A stretch of DNA of 64,000 nt from Deltaproteobacteria bacterium (GTDB lineage Bacteria; Desulfobacterota; Binatia; UTPRO1): NCBI GenBank assembly GCA_020848745.1, contig JADLHM010000013.1, positions 5,238 to 69,237 of the forward strand, read 5' to 3'. Each line of letters begins with the position of its first letter. Positions within the stretch are counted from its first letter, which is position 1. Of this stretch, positions 6,754-16,324 are shown one piece after another. Below the pieces are notes generated by a model. It did not search any database, was not told where the DNA came from, and saw nothing but the letters and a program-made list of their open reading frames with translations. A program made the translations under genes and the position numbers.

Positions 6754-8769
6754 ATGCCCGCCGCGGTTCGCCGCACTCCCGGGTCGCTCGCCCCCGTGGT
6801 CATCGCCTGGCTCTTCGCGGCCGTCCTCGCGTTCCCCGGCAGCGTCGACAGCGCACCGGATCCCGGGCGCGGTCGAGCCGCCGACGAGAACGCGGCCGCG
6901 CCGGAGCCCGAAGAACAGGATTGCCTCTCGTGCCACAAGACCGTTGAAGAAGTCGACGACGTCGATCTCGTCGTCGACGAGTCGACGTGGCTCCGGACCG
7001 TCCACGGCGCCGCCCACGTAGCGTGCCTCGATTGCCACGCCGACGCCGACGGCGATCCGCATACCGGGGTGAAGGCGGTCACACGCTGCCGCGATTGCCA
7101 CGCGAAGTCCGTCGATCGCGTGCGCGCGAGCGTCCACACCGAGACCAACGGACCCATTCCGGCGAAGAAACACCCGCGGTGCAGCTCGTGCCACGGAAAG
7201 ATCCACGCGATGGCGGCCGCGACCGATCCGGCGTCGCCGGTACACCCCAAGCACCTGCCCGAGACGTGCGGCAAGTGTCACGCGGATCCGGGGCTCGCGG
7301 CCGAAGCCGGCGTGAAGCTCGTGCAGCCGATCGCGGCCTACAACGCGAGCGTCCACGCGAACGCCGTCGCCGCCGGAAAAGACGCCGCCACGTGCAGCTC
7401 CTGCCATGGCACCCACGCGATCCGTCGGAGCAGCGACGCTGACTCGCCGACGAATCGGAAGAACGTGCCGACCACGTGCGGCGCGTGCCATGCCGAGATC
7501 GCCGCCGCCTTCGCGACCAGCGTACACGGTCAAGCGGCCGCCGTCGGCATCCGCGAAGCGCCGGTGTGCACGGACTGCCACGGCGAGCACCGGATCCTCG
7601 GTCCCAGCGACCGGGGCTCGCCGGTATTCGCCAGCAGCGTGCCCAAGATGACGTGCGGGCGGTGCCACGGCGACGTGCGGTTGACCGAGAAGTTCAACCT
7701 CAAAGCAACGGCCGTAACGGCCTTCGAGGACAGCTTCCACGGACTCGCGGGCCGCGCCGGCAACCGCTCGGTCGCCAACTGCGCCTCGTGTCACGGCGTC
7801 CACGACATCCTGCAGTCGACGAATCCCCGTTCGCACGTCCACCCGGACAACCTGCCAGCGACGTGCGGCTCCTGTCACCAGGGGGCCGGAACGAGATTCG
7901 CGCTCGGCCCCGTGCACGTCACGAGCAGCGATCCCGGCACGACCCATCCCGTCGTCCACTGGGTTCGCCTCGCATACCTCTGGATCATTGGGCTCTCGAT
8001 CGGCGGCATGGTGCTCCACAACGTACTCGACTTGCGCCGCAAGGCGCTGCTCCCGACGCCGCGGCCGGTGATTCCGGTCGCCGCGCGACGGCGGCGGATG
8101 TCGCGCGGCTTCCGGATCGCGCATGCGCTGCTGTTCGGCAGCTTCTTCATCCTCGTGGCAACGGGCTTCGCGCTCACGTATCCGGAGGCATGGTGGGCGA
8201 CGCCGCTGCTCGCGCTGGAGCACCGATTCGCGTTCCGGGGGTGGCTACACCGCGGCGCGGCGATCGTGCTGCTCGTCAGCGCTGCATTCCACGTGGCGCA
8301 CCTCGTCGCCGACCCGCGGGCTCGCACCACCATCCGCCGCATGCGGCCGACGCTGCACGATCTCCGAGAGCTGCGTGAACGGATCGCCTGGTTCTTCGGC
8401 AGGAGGCCGATGCCGCGATCACCGGAGATCGGCTACGTCGAGAAGGTGGAGTATCTCGCCGTCGTTTGGGGCACGATCATCATGGCAGCAACCGGATTCG
8501 TGCTCTGGTTCTCGACGTGGTCCCTCGCGCATCTCCCCAAGTGGGTGACGGACGTCGCGACCACCATCCACTTCTACGAGGCCGTTCTCGCAACGCTGGC
8601 GATCCTCGTCTGGCACTTCTACTTCGTGTTCTTCGACCCGGTCGTCTATCCGATGGACAGTGCCTGGCTCACCGGCCGCGAAGCGCCCGGACGGACGCTC
8701 GAGCGGACGGCGACTCCCGCCGACGAGCCGGCGGCCGCCGCGCCGGTCGCGGACGAGCCGGGCGCCTGA
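6754..8769 (+). CDS. multihaem cytochrome c (11 CXXCH) fused to FdnI/HydC-type cytochrome b membrane domain (CbcL-like)
   Basis: Signal peptide MPAAVRRTPGSLAPVVIAWLFAAVLAFPGSVDSA. 11 motifs: CLSCH, CLDCH, CRDCH, CSSCH, CGKCH, CSSCH, CGACH, CTDCH, CGRCH, CASCH, CGSCH. The C-terminal ~270 aa has 5 TM helices with conserved His. Alternative ATG at 6736. Confidence 0.85.
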   Translation: MPAAVRRTPGSLAPVVIAWLFAAVLAFPGSVDSAPDPGRGRAADENAAAPEPEEQDCLSCHKTVEEVDDVDLVVDESTWLRTVHGAAHVACLDCHADADGDPHTGVKAVTRCRDCHAKSVDRVRASVHTETNGPIPAKKHPRCSSCHGKIHAMAAATDPASPVHPKHLPETCGKCHADPGLAAEAGVKLVQPIAAYNASVHANAVAAGKDAATCSSCHGTHAIRRSSDADSPTNRKNVPTTCGACHAEIAAAFATSVHGQAAAVGIREAPVCTDCHGEHRILGPSDRGSPVFASSVPKMTCGRCHGDVRLTEKFNLKATAVTAFEDSFHGLAGRAGNRSVANCASCHGVHDILQSTNPRSHVHPDNLPATCGSCHQGAGTRFALGPVHVTSSDPGTTHPVVHWVRLAYLWIIGLSIGGMVLHNVLDLRRKALLPTPRPVIPVAARRRRMSRGFRIAHALLFGSFFILVATGFALTYPEAWWATPLLALEHRFAFRGWLHRGAAIVLLVSAAFHVAHLVADPRARTTIRRMRPTLHDLRELRERIAWFFGRRPMPRSPEIGYVEKVEYLAVVWGTIIMAATGFVLWFSTWSLAHLPKWVTDVATTIHFYEAVLATLAILVWHFYFVFFDPVVYPMDSAWLTGREAPGRTLERTATPADEPAAAAPVADEPGA

Positions 8770-8787
8770 TCCGTCATCCGACGCGCC

Positions 8788-10077
8788 CTACTGCAGCTCG
8801 AAGCGCTCGCGCAGGAGCTTCAGCAGCGCGACGTTGTCGCTGTGGCCCGTCCTGTGGGCCGTGACGAAGCCGCGCAGCGGCCGGCCGAGCAGATAGAAAT
8901 CCCCCATGATGTCGAGGATCTTGTGGCGCGCGAACTCGTCGGGGAAGCGCAGCGGCGTGTTCACGATGCCGTTCTCGCCGATCAGGATACAGTTGTTGAG
9001 GCGTCCCCCGCTCGCGAGCCCCATCTTCTCGAGCGTCTCGATCTCGCGGAGGAATCCGAAGGTGCGCGCGGGCGCGATCTCGGCCTTGAAGCGTTCGCTG
9101 TCGGTGAACTGGAAGACGTGCTCCTGGCGCCCGACCGGCTGCGGATAGTCGAGAACGTAGCGCACCCCGAAGACGTCGGCGGGCTCGATACAGAGGTATT
9201 CGCCGCCGCCGTCGCGGTCGCCGATCTCGTAGCGGCGGTCGATGACGATCTCGTCGACGTAGCCGCCCTGCTCCTCGACCCCCGCGCTCTCGATGAGCCC
9301 GCAGAACTCCGCGGCCGAGCCGTCGAGGATCGGGATCTCGGCCTGCATCTTCACGAGCAGGTTCGTGATGCGGTAGCCGTGGAGCGCCGCCAGCAGGTGC
9401 TCGACGGTCTTCGCGACGATGCCGTTGTGGTAGAGCGTCGTCGCGTAGCCCGTCGAGTCGACGTACTCGATGCGGGCCGGGATCGTCGCCGCGTTCGAGA
9501 TGTTGCCGAAGACGATGCCGCTGCCCGGCGGCAACGGCTGCAGGATGAGGCCGGTGCGGACACCGGAGTGCAGCCCCTGTCCGTTCACGACCACGCTGCG
9601 CTGGATCGTGCGCTGGGTCCACGGCCACGGACGTGCGAGCAGGCGCCGCTCGAGCGCGACCGCGCCCGCCTCGTCGGCGGCGACCGCCTCTCCGTCGACG
9701 CTGCCGGCGATCGGCCGCGCCTCGAGCGCGCGGCCGACGACGTGCAGGAGCCCGTCGAGCGAGAACGGCTTCTCGATGAAATCGAAGGCGCCGAGCTTCG
9801 TCGCCGTGACGGCGGTCTCGATGTTGCCGTGGCCGGAGATCACGATGACGGGCGTCGACGGATGGGACTCGCGAATGTGTCGGAGGAGCTCGATGCCGTC
9901 CATGCCGGGCATCCAGATGTCGAGGATCACGAGACGCGGATGCTCACGCGCGATGAGCTCGAGCGCGCCGCCGCCGTCCTCCGCCTCCAGCACACGGTAG
10001 CCCTCGTCGGCGAGCACGCCGCGGACGCTGCTCCGGATCCCCGTCTCGTCGTCCACGATCAGTATGGTCTTGTCCAC
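8788..10077 (-). CDS. lpxC: response-regulator receiver domain fused to UDP-3-O-acyl-N-acetylglucosamine deacetylase
   Basis: GTG 10077 preceded by GGAGGA. REC motifs: ILIVDDE, VILDIWMPGMDG, VIVISGHG, FDFIEKPF. LpxC motifs: QRTIQRSVVVNGQGLHSG, TVEHLLAALHG, HKILDIMGDFYLLG, AHRTGHSDNVALL. Confidence 0.85.
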   Translation of the reverse strand: MDKTILIVDDETGIRSSVRGVLADEGYRVLEAEDGGGALELIAREHPRLVILDIWMPGMDGIELLRHIRESHPSTPVIVISGHGNIETAVTATKLGAFDFIEKPFSLDGLLHVVGRALEARPIAGSVDGEAVAADEAGAVALERRLLARPWPWTQRTIQRSVVVNGQGLHSGVRTGLILQPLPPGSGIVFGNISNAATIPARIEYVDSTGYATTLYHNGIVAKTVEHLLAALHGYRITNLLVKMQAEIPILDGSAAEFCGLIESAGVEEQGGYVDEIVIDRRYEIGDRDGGGEYLCIEPADVFGVRYVLDYPQPVGRQEHVFQFTDSERFKAEIAPARTFGFLREIETLEKMGLASGGRLNNCILIGENGIVNTPLRFPDEFARHKILDIMGDFYLLGRPLRGFVTAHRTGHSDNVALLKLLRERFELQ

Positions 10078-12398
10078 GATTCCTCCTCGTGCAGGACGAT
10101 CGGCTCGAGCGGCCCTTTCACGGGCAGCTCGACCACGAACCGACTCCCGCGCGGCTCGTTGTCCTTCACCCGCACGAAGCCCTGATGGTCCGCGACGATC
10201 GTCGATACGATGGCGAGACCGAGCCCGGTCCCGCCTTGCTTGGTGGAAAAGTACGGCTCGAAGAGCCGGCCGCGCTCCTCGGGCTTGATGCCGATGCCGG
10301 TATCCGCGACCTCGAGCGCGACGATGCCGTGCGCGCGGTGGAGGCGCGTGCGCACCTCGATGCGAGGCGGGGTGCCATTGGCGCGCGGGGCGCCGTCGCA
10401 AGCCGCGACGGCGTTGTCGAGCATGTTGATGAGCGCACGCTTGATGCCCTCGCGGTCGAGCGGCAGCCGCGGCAGGCTCGGGTCCGGGTCGAAGACGAAC
10501 TCGATGTGGCGATGGCCCTCGCGGAAGAGCACCATTGCCTCCTCGACGAGCGCGTTCAGATCCTCGGGCGTGTGCTCGCCGGCGGGCAGGCGCGCGAAGG
10601 TCGCGAACTCGTTCACCAGCGTCTTCAGCTCCTCGACCTGCCTGACGATGGTCCGGGTGCACTCCTCGAAGAGCGTGCCGTCCTCCTTCAAGCGCTCGGC
10701 GTAGCGCTTGTGGAGCCGCTGCGCCGAGAGCTGAATCGGCGTGAGCGGGTTCTTGATCTCGTGCGCGATGCGGCGCGCGACCTCACGCCACGCCTCCATG
10801 CGCTGCACCTTCACGATCTCGGTGACATCCTCGCAGAAGAGGAGCGCGCCGAGCGCCTGGCCAGCGGAGTCGCGGAGCATGGTGGCGGTGAGGACGAGCG
10901 TGAGCATGCGACCCCCCGCGAGGACCTTCATCTGTCGCTCGACGCGCCCGCCGACCGCCGCGAGCGACACGCCCGCGCGCAGCTCGGCGAGCGTTTCGCG
11001 CGCCGGCGCCAGGTCGGAGCGCGCGAACACGGCCATGTAGTCGCGGCCGATCATGGTCGCGCGGTCGATCACGAACAGACGCGCCGCGGCTTCGTTGAGG
11101 GTCGTGACGCGGCCGTCCGGATCGACGGCGACGACGCCGGCCGTGAGCTCGGCGAGGATGGTCTCCATGCTGCGGCGGCGCTGCTCGAGCTCCAGGTTGC
11201 TGCGCTCGAGATCGGCGGTCATCCGGTTGAACGACGCGACCAGCGTGCCGAACTCGTCGTCGGGCGCCACCTGCGTCGCGTCCCCGAGCCCGATGCGGTA
11301 CTGCCAGTTGCCCTGCGCGACTTCGCGCGTGCCCTCGGCGAGCTTCTGGATCGGCACCGTGATGCCTTTGGCGAGATAGAAGCCCATCCAGGTCGCGCAG
11401 AAGATCACGAGCAACGTCACCAGCACGAGCGTCACCACGTAGTTGCTGGTGATCGGCTGCTTCAGGATCTTGAGCTGCCGGTACTCCTGGAACGAGCGCG
11501 CGATGTCGGCGCTCTGCGTGGCGACGCTCTTCGGTACGAAGTGCTCGACGACGACCGCGCCCTCGACGCCGCCCGGTCCCGGGATCGGCACGGCGGCGCG
11601 GATCACGTCGCCCCGCCCGATCGACTGGATGCGGGTCTCGGCCCGACCTTCGAGCGCGGCCGTGAGAAGCGGCGCCGAAGGCGGCAACGCCGACTCGCCC
11701 GGCACCTCGTCGGCGCGCGCCATCGCGCGGACGTCGCGGTCGATCCCGAAGACCTGGACCGTCCCGACGTGATACTCGCGCTGCTTGTCGGCGACGAACT
11801 CCTGCAGCCGCTCGGCGCCGCCCGGCTTGAGGAGCCCGTCCTCCCGCACCCGGCCCGCGAGCTGCCGCGCGTGCACGAGCGCGTTCTCGGAAGCGTTCCG
11901 ATAGTACGCCTGCGCCACCTCGAGCGAGCCCGAAAGCGAATTCTCGACCTGGACGTTGAACCAGTTCTCGATCGAGCTCGTCATGAAACCGAGCGCGACC
12001 AGGAAGATCAGGATCGCGGGGAAGATCGAGACCGCGACGAACGCCAGCACGAGCCGCGTGCGAAGATGCGAGCCGAGCATCCGGCGCCGGCGCTCGAACA
12101 CGAGCTTCAGGAGATTCCGCGCCACCAGAAAGACCAGCAGCACGAGCAGGATGATGTTGAGGTTGATGAGGAGGAAGAAGATGACGTTGTTGCTCAACGA
12201 GCTGCCGTTCGAGAACTGCGGAAGCCGCGTCTCGAAGAACGCGAACAGCAGGACGGCCAGCGCGGCCGACAGGATGATGAGCCCCTCGCGCCGCCGCTGG
12301 CGCTCGGCCGGCGCCTCGACGGAAGTCGGCGGCTCGCCCGTGGCGTGCTGGCCGCTCGAGACCCGCGAGGCATGTCGGTCGGTGGTCGGGTGGCTCAT
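10059..12398 (-). CDS. NtrY-type sensor histidine kinase (multi-TM, HAMP, PAS, HisKA, HATPase_c)
   Basis: 779 aa. H-box RRIAHEIKNPLTPIQLSAQRL, N-box INMLDNAVAA, G-boxes VADTGIGI and GGTGLGLAIV. N-terminal TM block and HAMP as in NtrY. Confidence 0.85.
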   Translation of the reverse strand: MSHPTTDRHASRVSSGQHATGEPPTSVEAPAERQRRREGLIILSAALAVLLFAFFETRLPQFSNGSSLSNNVIFFLLINLNIILLVLLVFLVARNLLKLVFERRRRMLGSHLRTRLVLAFVAVSIFPAILIFLVALGFMTSSIENWFNVQVENSLSGSLEVAQAYYRNASENALVHARQLAGRVREDGLLKPGGAERLQEFVADKQREYHVGTVQVFGIDRDVRAMARADEVPGESALPPSAPLLTAALEGRAETRIQSIGRGDVIRAAVPIPGPGGVEGAVVVEHFVPKSVATQSADIARSFQEYRQLKILKQPITSNYVVTLVLVTLLVIFCATWMGFYLAKGITVPIQKLAEGTREVAQGNWQYRIGLGDATQVAPDDEFGTLVASFNRMTADLERSNLELEQRRRSMETILAELTAGVVAVDPDGRVTTLNEAAARLFVIDRATMIGRDYMAVFARSDLAPARETLAELRAGVSLAAVGGRVERQMKVLAGGRMLTLVLTATMLRDSAGQALGALLFCEDVTEIVKVQRMEAWREVARRIAHEIKNPLTPIQLSAQRLHKRYAERLKEDGTLFEECTRTIVRQVEELKTLVNEFATFARLPAGEHTPEDLNALVEEAMVLFREGHRHIEFVFDPDPSLPRLPLDREGIKRALINMLDNAVAACDGAPRANGTPPRIEVRTRLHRAHGIVALEVADTGIGIKPEERGRLFEPYFSTKQGGTGLGLAIVSTIVADHQGFVRVKDNEPRGSRFVVELPVKGPLEPIVLHEEESWTRPY

Positions 12399-12417
12399 GG
12401 CATCGGCGTCCGGACGG

Positions 12418-12630
12418 TCAGCGCCGGAAAAGGTACGAAAGCAGCGACAGCAGGAGGCTCAGGAGGAGACACGTCGCGAGCGGCACGTAGACCGTGAGCC
12501 CACCCGAACGGAGGGTGAAGTCGCCGGGGAGCTTCCCGAGCCAGGGAATCCGGGGCGAGAACGACACGACGAGCCCCGCGACGACGAGCACGAGCCCGAA
12601 CAGGATGAGTGTGCGTCCCAAACCTCCCAT
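12418..12630 (-). CDS. DUF2905 family small membrane protein
   Basis: MGGLGRTLILFGLVLVVAGLVV..WLGKLPGDFTLRSGGLTVYVPLATCLLLSLLLSLL. ATG 12630 preferred over the TTG at 12645. Confidence 0.6.
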   Translation of the reverse strand: MGGLGRTLILFGLVLVVAGLVVSFSPRIPWLGKLPGDFTLRSGGLTVYVPLATCLLLSLLLSLLSYLFRR

Positions 12631-12730
12631 GGCTTGGACCGGCAAGGGGCGGATTCTAGAGCCGCTCCGGGGCCTTGTCTACCCAGACACGCTGCGTCAT
12701 TTTCGTTGCCTGTTCGCCTCCGGGGGCGGC

Positions 12731-13753
12731 TCAGAAGAGCCGCGCCTGCGCCGCCCTCTCCGGCTCCGTCCGACCAAAATGACCGAAAGCTCGCGCGGTT
12801 ACGACCCGACCCTTGGGCGTCCTGGCGAGGAACCCCTCTTTGATGAGGTAGGGCTCGTAGACGTCCTCGATCGTGTCGCGTTCCTCGCCGACCGCCGCCG
12901 CGAGCGTATCGAGGCCAACGGGTCCGCCGCTGAACTTGTCGATGATCGCGAGCAGGATCGCGCGGTCCATCTTGTCGAAGCCCCGCCCATCCACCTCGAG
13001 GAGCGTGAGCGCGTCGGCCGCGACCTCCCCGGTGATCTCCCCACCCGCGCGCACCTCCGCGTAGTCGCGAACCCGCTTCAGGAGCCGATTCGCGATGCGC
13101 GGCGTGCCGCGCGACCGGCGAGCGATCTCGCCCGCGCCGCCGCCGTCGAGGGGCACCTTCAGGATCGCGGCCGAGCGCCGCAGGATCCGGCCGAGGTCGT
13201 CCTCGTCGTAGAACTCGAGCCGGAAGTGCGCCCCGAAGCGGTCGCGCAAGGGCGACGTCAGGAGGCCCGTCCGCGTCGTCGCCCCGACCAGCGTGAAGGG
13301 CTTGAGCTCGAGCTTCAGCGTCCGCGCCGACGGTCCCTGGCCGACGATGATGTCGAGCTGGAAGTCCTCCATCGCCGGGTACAGCACCTCCTCGACGACG
13401 CGGTTCAAGCGGTGGATCTCGTCGATGAAGAGGACGTCGCCGCGCTCGAGGTTCGTGAGGATCGCCGCCACATCGCCGGGGCGTTCGAGCACCGGTCCGG
13501 ACGTGCAGCGGACCTGCACCCCCATCTCCTTCGCGATGATGTATGCGAGCGATGTCTTGCCAAGCCCGGGCGGGCCGGCGAGGAGGACGTGGTCGAGCAC
13601 GTCGCCGCGCGCCCGCGCCGCCTCGATCGCGACGCCGAGGTTGTTCTTCACCGCCGCTTGCCCGACGTACTCCGCGAACCCCGTCGGACGGAGCGACACG
13701 TCGAGCCCGGCCTCTTCGTCCAACGTCACGGGATCGACGACGCGTTCGTTCAT
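12731..13753 (-). CDS. ruvB: Holliday junction branch migration helicase RuvB
   Basis: Trimmed to ATG 13753. [12 protein letters not shown], Walker [18 protein letters not shown], and the C-terminal winged helix. Confidence 0.95.
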   Translation of the reverse strand: MNERVVDPVTLDEEAGLDVSLRPTGFAEYVGQAAVKNNLGVAIEAARARGDVLDHVLLAGPPGLGKTSLAYIIAKEMGVQVRCTSGPVLERPGDVAAILTNLERGDVLFIDEIHRLNRVVEEVLYPAMEDFQLDIIVGQGPSARTLKLELKPFTLVGATTRTGLLTSPLRDRFGAHFRLEFYDEDDLGRILRRSAAILKVPLDGGGAGEIARRSRGTPRIANRLLKRVRDYAEVRAGGEITGEVAADALTLLEVDGRGFDKMDRAILLAIIDKFSGGPVGLDTLAAAVGEERDTIEDVYEPYLIKEGFLARTPKGRVVTARAFGHFGRTEPERAAQARLF

Positions 13754-14349
13754 GTGGCCAACCTCCGCAGGGCTTCCCGGATGAGGTCGGCAAGCGCGCG
13801 GGTACCGGCCTCCTCGGCCCGGGCGACCGCACGCTCCGCCTCGTGCTGCTTGTACCCCAGGTTCACGAGCGCGGACACCGCCTCGGCGGCGTCGCCGCCG
13901 ACCCGCGTCGCCGGCGCGCCGGCCGACGCCGCGCGGCTCCGCTGCAGGACCTTCACCTTCTCGCGGAGCTGGAGGACCATGAGGTCCGCCTTCTTCCTGC
14001 CGATGCCGGGCACCGCGACGAGCCGGCGCACGTTGCCCTCGGCGATGGCGTTCTCGAGGTCCGGCGTGTCCATGCCCGACAGCACCGCGAGCGCGGCCTT
14101 CGGCCCGATCGTCGCGACCTGCAAGAGCAGGAGGAAGAGCGCGCGCTCGGCCGCCTCGAGGAACCCGTAGAGCTGGAGCGCGTCCTCGCGCACGTGCGTA
14201 TGGACGTAGACGTCGACCTCGGCGCCCGGATTCGGCAGCCGGTAGAACGCGTTCAACGACACGAACAGCTGGTAGCCGACGCCGCCGGCATCGACGACGA
14301 TCTGCTCGGGCGCCTTCTCGAGCAGCCGGCCGCGGAGGCGGGCGATCAC
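13750..14349 (-). CDS. ruvA: Holliday junction DNA helicase RuvA
   Basis: GTG 14349 ([31 protein letters not shown]). HhH motif VPGIGRKKA. 4-nt overlaps with ruvC and ruvB. Confidence 0.9.
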   Translation of the reverse strand: MIARLRGRLLEKAPEQIVVDAGGVGYQLFVSLNAFYRLPNPGAEVDVYVHTHVREDALQLYGFLEAAERALFLLLLQVATIGPKAALAVLSGMDTPDLENAIAEGNVRRLVAVPGIGRKKADLMVLQLREKVKVLQRSRAASAGAPATRVGGDAAEAVSALVNLGYKQHEAERAVARAEEAGTRALADLIREALRRLAT

Positions 14350-14846
14350 CGTACGCCCACCCTGGCGAGCGCCGTCGCGAGATGCGCCGAGTGCACATGG
14401 CAGAGCGCGATCGCGAGCGCGTCCGCCGCATCGGGTCCGAGCCGGTCGGCGACGCCGAGCTCGCGCGCGATCGCGCGCTGCACCTGGTCCTTCTCGGCGC
14501 GACCGCTTCCGGTGACGGCGAGCTTCACCGTCGCGGGCGGATACTGCGCAACGTCGATCCCGGCCGCCGCCGCTACCAGCATCGCGACCCCGCGCACCTC
14601 GCCGAGGCGAAAGGCGCTTTGCACGTTCCGCCCGACGAAGTTGCGCTCGAGGACGACGACGTCGGGCCGCCACGCCCGGCAGAGGTCGGTGAGCGCGCCA
14701 TGGATCGCGGCGAGCTTCGCTGCCGGCGTCACGCGCGGCGACGGCGCGACGGAGCCGTGCGCGAGGTGCGCGACGCGCCCCGCACGCCGCTCGATCACGC
14801 CCCATCCGGTGACGGCCGTGCCGGGATCGACGCCGAGCACCCGCAT
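14346..14846 (-). CDS. ruvC: crossover junction endodeoxyribonuclease RuvC
   Basis: [19 protein letters not shown]...[12 protein letters not shown]. Start trimmed to ATG 14846. Confidence 0.9.
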   Translation of the reverse strand: MRVLGVDPGTAVTGWGVIERRAGRVAHLAHGSVAPSPRVTPAAKLAAIHGALTDLCRAWRPDVVVLERNFVGRNVQSAFRLGEVRGVAMLVAAAAGIDVAQYPPATVKLAVTGSGRAEKDQVQRAIARELGVADRLGPDAADALAIALCHVHSAHLATALARVGVR

Positions 14847-14931
14847 CGACGTCTCCGCTCGACTCTCCCCTCCCCTCGCCATGCCCCCTCCACCTCGCCG
14901 ATCGGCCCGCGCCGACCCGGCGGAGTTCGCG

Positions 14932-15681
14932 CTACGCGCTCAGGCGCTCGACCTCGTCCTGCGGGATGTCCGCGTTCGCCGACACCTTCTGCACGTCGTC
15001 GTGGTCTTCCAACGCCTCGAGCAGCTTGATCGTCTGCTCGGCATCCGAGCCGCGGACGGTGATCGTGTTCTGGGCGACCATCGTCACCTCCGCGGACGTG
15101 GTCGCGATGCCGGCCTGGTCCAGGGCGTTCTTCACGTCCTCGAGGGCCTCCGGCGGCGTCGTGACCTCGAACGCCTCGCCGACGTCCTCGATGTCGTCCG
15201 CCCCGGCCTCGAGCGCCACCTCGAAGAGCTTGTCCTCGGCGCTCGCGCTCTTGTCGACGGTAATGACGCCCTTCTTGGAAAACATCCAGCCGACGCAACC
15301 GTTCTCACCGAGATTGCCGCCGTTCTTGCCGAAGAGGTTGCGGATCTCCGCGACGGTACGGTTCCGGTTGTCGGTGAGGATCTGCAGCATGATGGCGACG
15401 CCCGCCGGGCCGTAGCCCTCGTACTGCACCTCTTCGTACGTCACGCCCTCGAGCTCGCCCGTGCCCTTCTTGATGGCGCGCTCGATGTTGTCGGTCGGCA
15501 TGCTCTGCGCTCGCGCGGTCGTGACCGCCGTTCGCAGCCGCGGATTCGCGTTGACGTCGCCGCCACCCATGCGCGCCGCGACCGTGATCTCCTTGATCAG
15601 CTTGGTGAAGATCTTGCCGCGCTTGGCATCCTTGGCCGCCTTCTTGTGCTTGATCGTGCTCCATTTGGAGTGGCCGGACAT
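14932..15681 (-). CDS. yebC: YebC/PmpR family DNA-binding transcriptional regulator
   Basis: [32 protein letters not shown].. is a canonical YebC N-terminus. Sits upstream of ruvCAB. Confidence 0.95.
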   Translation of the reverse strand: MSGHSKWSTIKHKKAAKDAKRGKIFTKLIKEITVAARMGGGDVNANPRLRTAVTTARAQSMPTDNIERAIKKGTGELEGVTYEEVQYEGYGPAGVAIMLQILTDNRNRTVAEIRNLFGKNGGNLGENGCVGWMFSKKGVITVDKSASAEDKLFEVALEAGADDIEDVGEAFEVTTPPEALEDVKNALDQAGIATTSAEVTMVAQNTITVRGSDAEQTIKLLEALEDHDDVQKVSANADIPQDEVERLSA

Positions 15682-15905
15682 GACGTTTCCCCTTCCCCGT
15701 CGGCACCGCGGCGGACGCGCGCGTCCTCCTGTCGGCGGTTCGAATCTGGTGTGAGATCTCGGCGTTGCGCCAGTCGGACGGGTAGTGCGTGGTTACCATA
15801 GGGCGCGCGAACAAGTAAACGCCGTGCCCCGCGCGGTGACGCGGCCGACCATCGCTTCGCCGGCTTCGCTCGGGACGGTCCTGTCGGTCCGCCACCAGCG
15901 ATCTG

Positions 15906-16324
15906 TCAGGATGACCCGGGCACCCCGAGGCGCTGAAGATCGCGAAGAAGGTCGTCTTTTCTCAGGGGGGATATGACCACGGACTGCGCAGCTCCATACT
16001 CGATGCGGATACGATCGAGCGACAAGGCCGGGCTGGATACCGGATCGTTGGTTCGCTCGACCTTCGAGATCGTGTGAATGGGAATATCCCAGGTGAAGAA
16101 GCCGCTTCGAATCCTCAGTGCTGCGTCATTGATCCTGTAGGTCGTGAAAAAGAGGAGGGAGAGCGGAAGACATACGCCGAGCAGCAGGATTGGAACCGCG
16201 AGAAGCCCACGACCCGGGATAGGCGCATGGATCATCTGCCAGGCGGCGAATAGTGACGCGAGGGGAACGCCCCCAAGATGATGCCGATCCATGTGTCGAC
16301 CTTGGATCTATAGAATGCGTTCAT
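15906..16324 (-). pseudogene. bacterial PH-domain (bPH_4/DUF1200-like) membrane protein, apparent frameshift near a homopolymer run
   Basis: Frame A from ATG 16324 gives MNAFYRSKVDTWIGIILGAFPSRHYSPPGR*. The 128-aa ORF (15906-16292) continues in another frame: ..VPLASLFAAWQM..TYRINDAALRIRSGFFTWDIP..SLDRIRIEYG. Frames join at the G5/C4 run (16262-16274). Confidence 0.55.

Noticed and set aside
6609-7274. 5' extension of the cytochrome c ORF, and similar upstream extensions of ORFs 25313-27475, 55774-59247, 57417-59876, 12731-14431 and 40711-42687
   Set aside because: The in-frame upstream parts overlap other well-supported genes and are compositionally junk. Starts were reset to the ATG or GTG that begins the recognisable protein, often at a 4-nt overlap with the preceding stop.
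10089-12497. 802-aa plus-strand ORF
   Set aside because: It mirrors the histidine kinase gene on the opposite strand. The kinase frame carries all H/N/G boxes, while this frame has none and is Arg/Asp/Glu low complexity.
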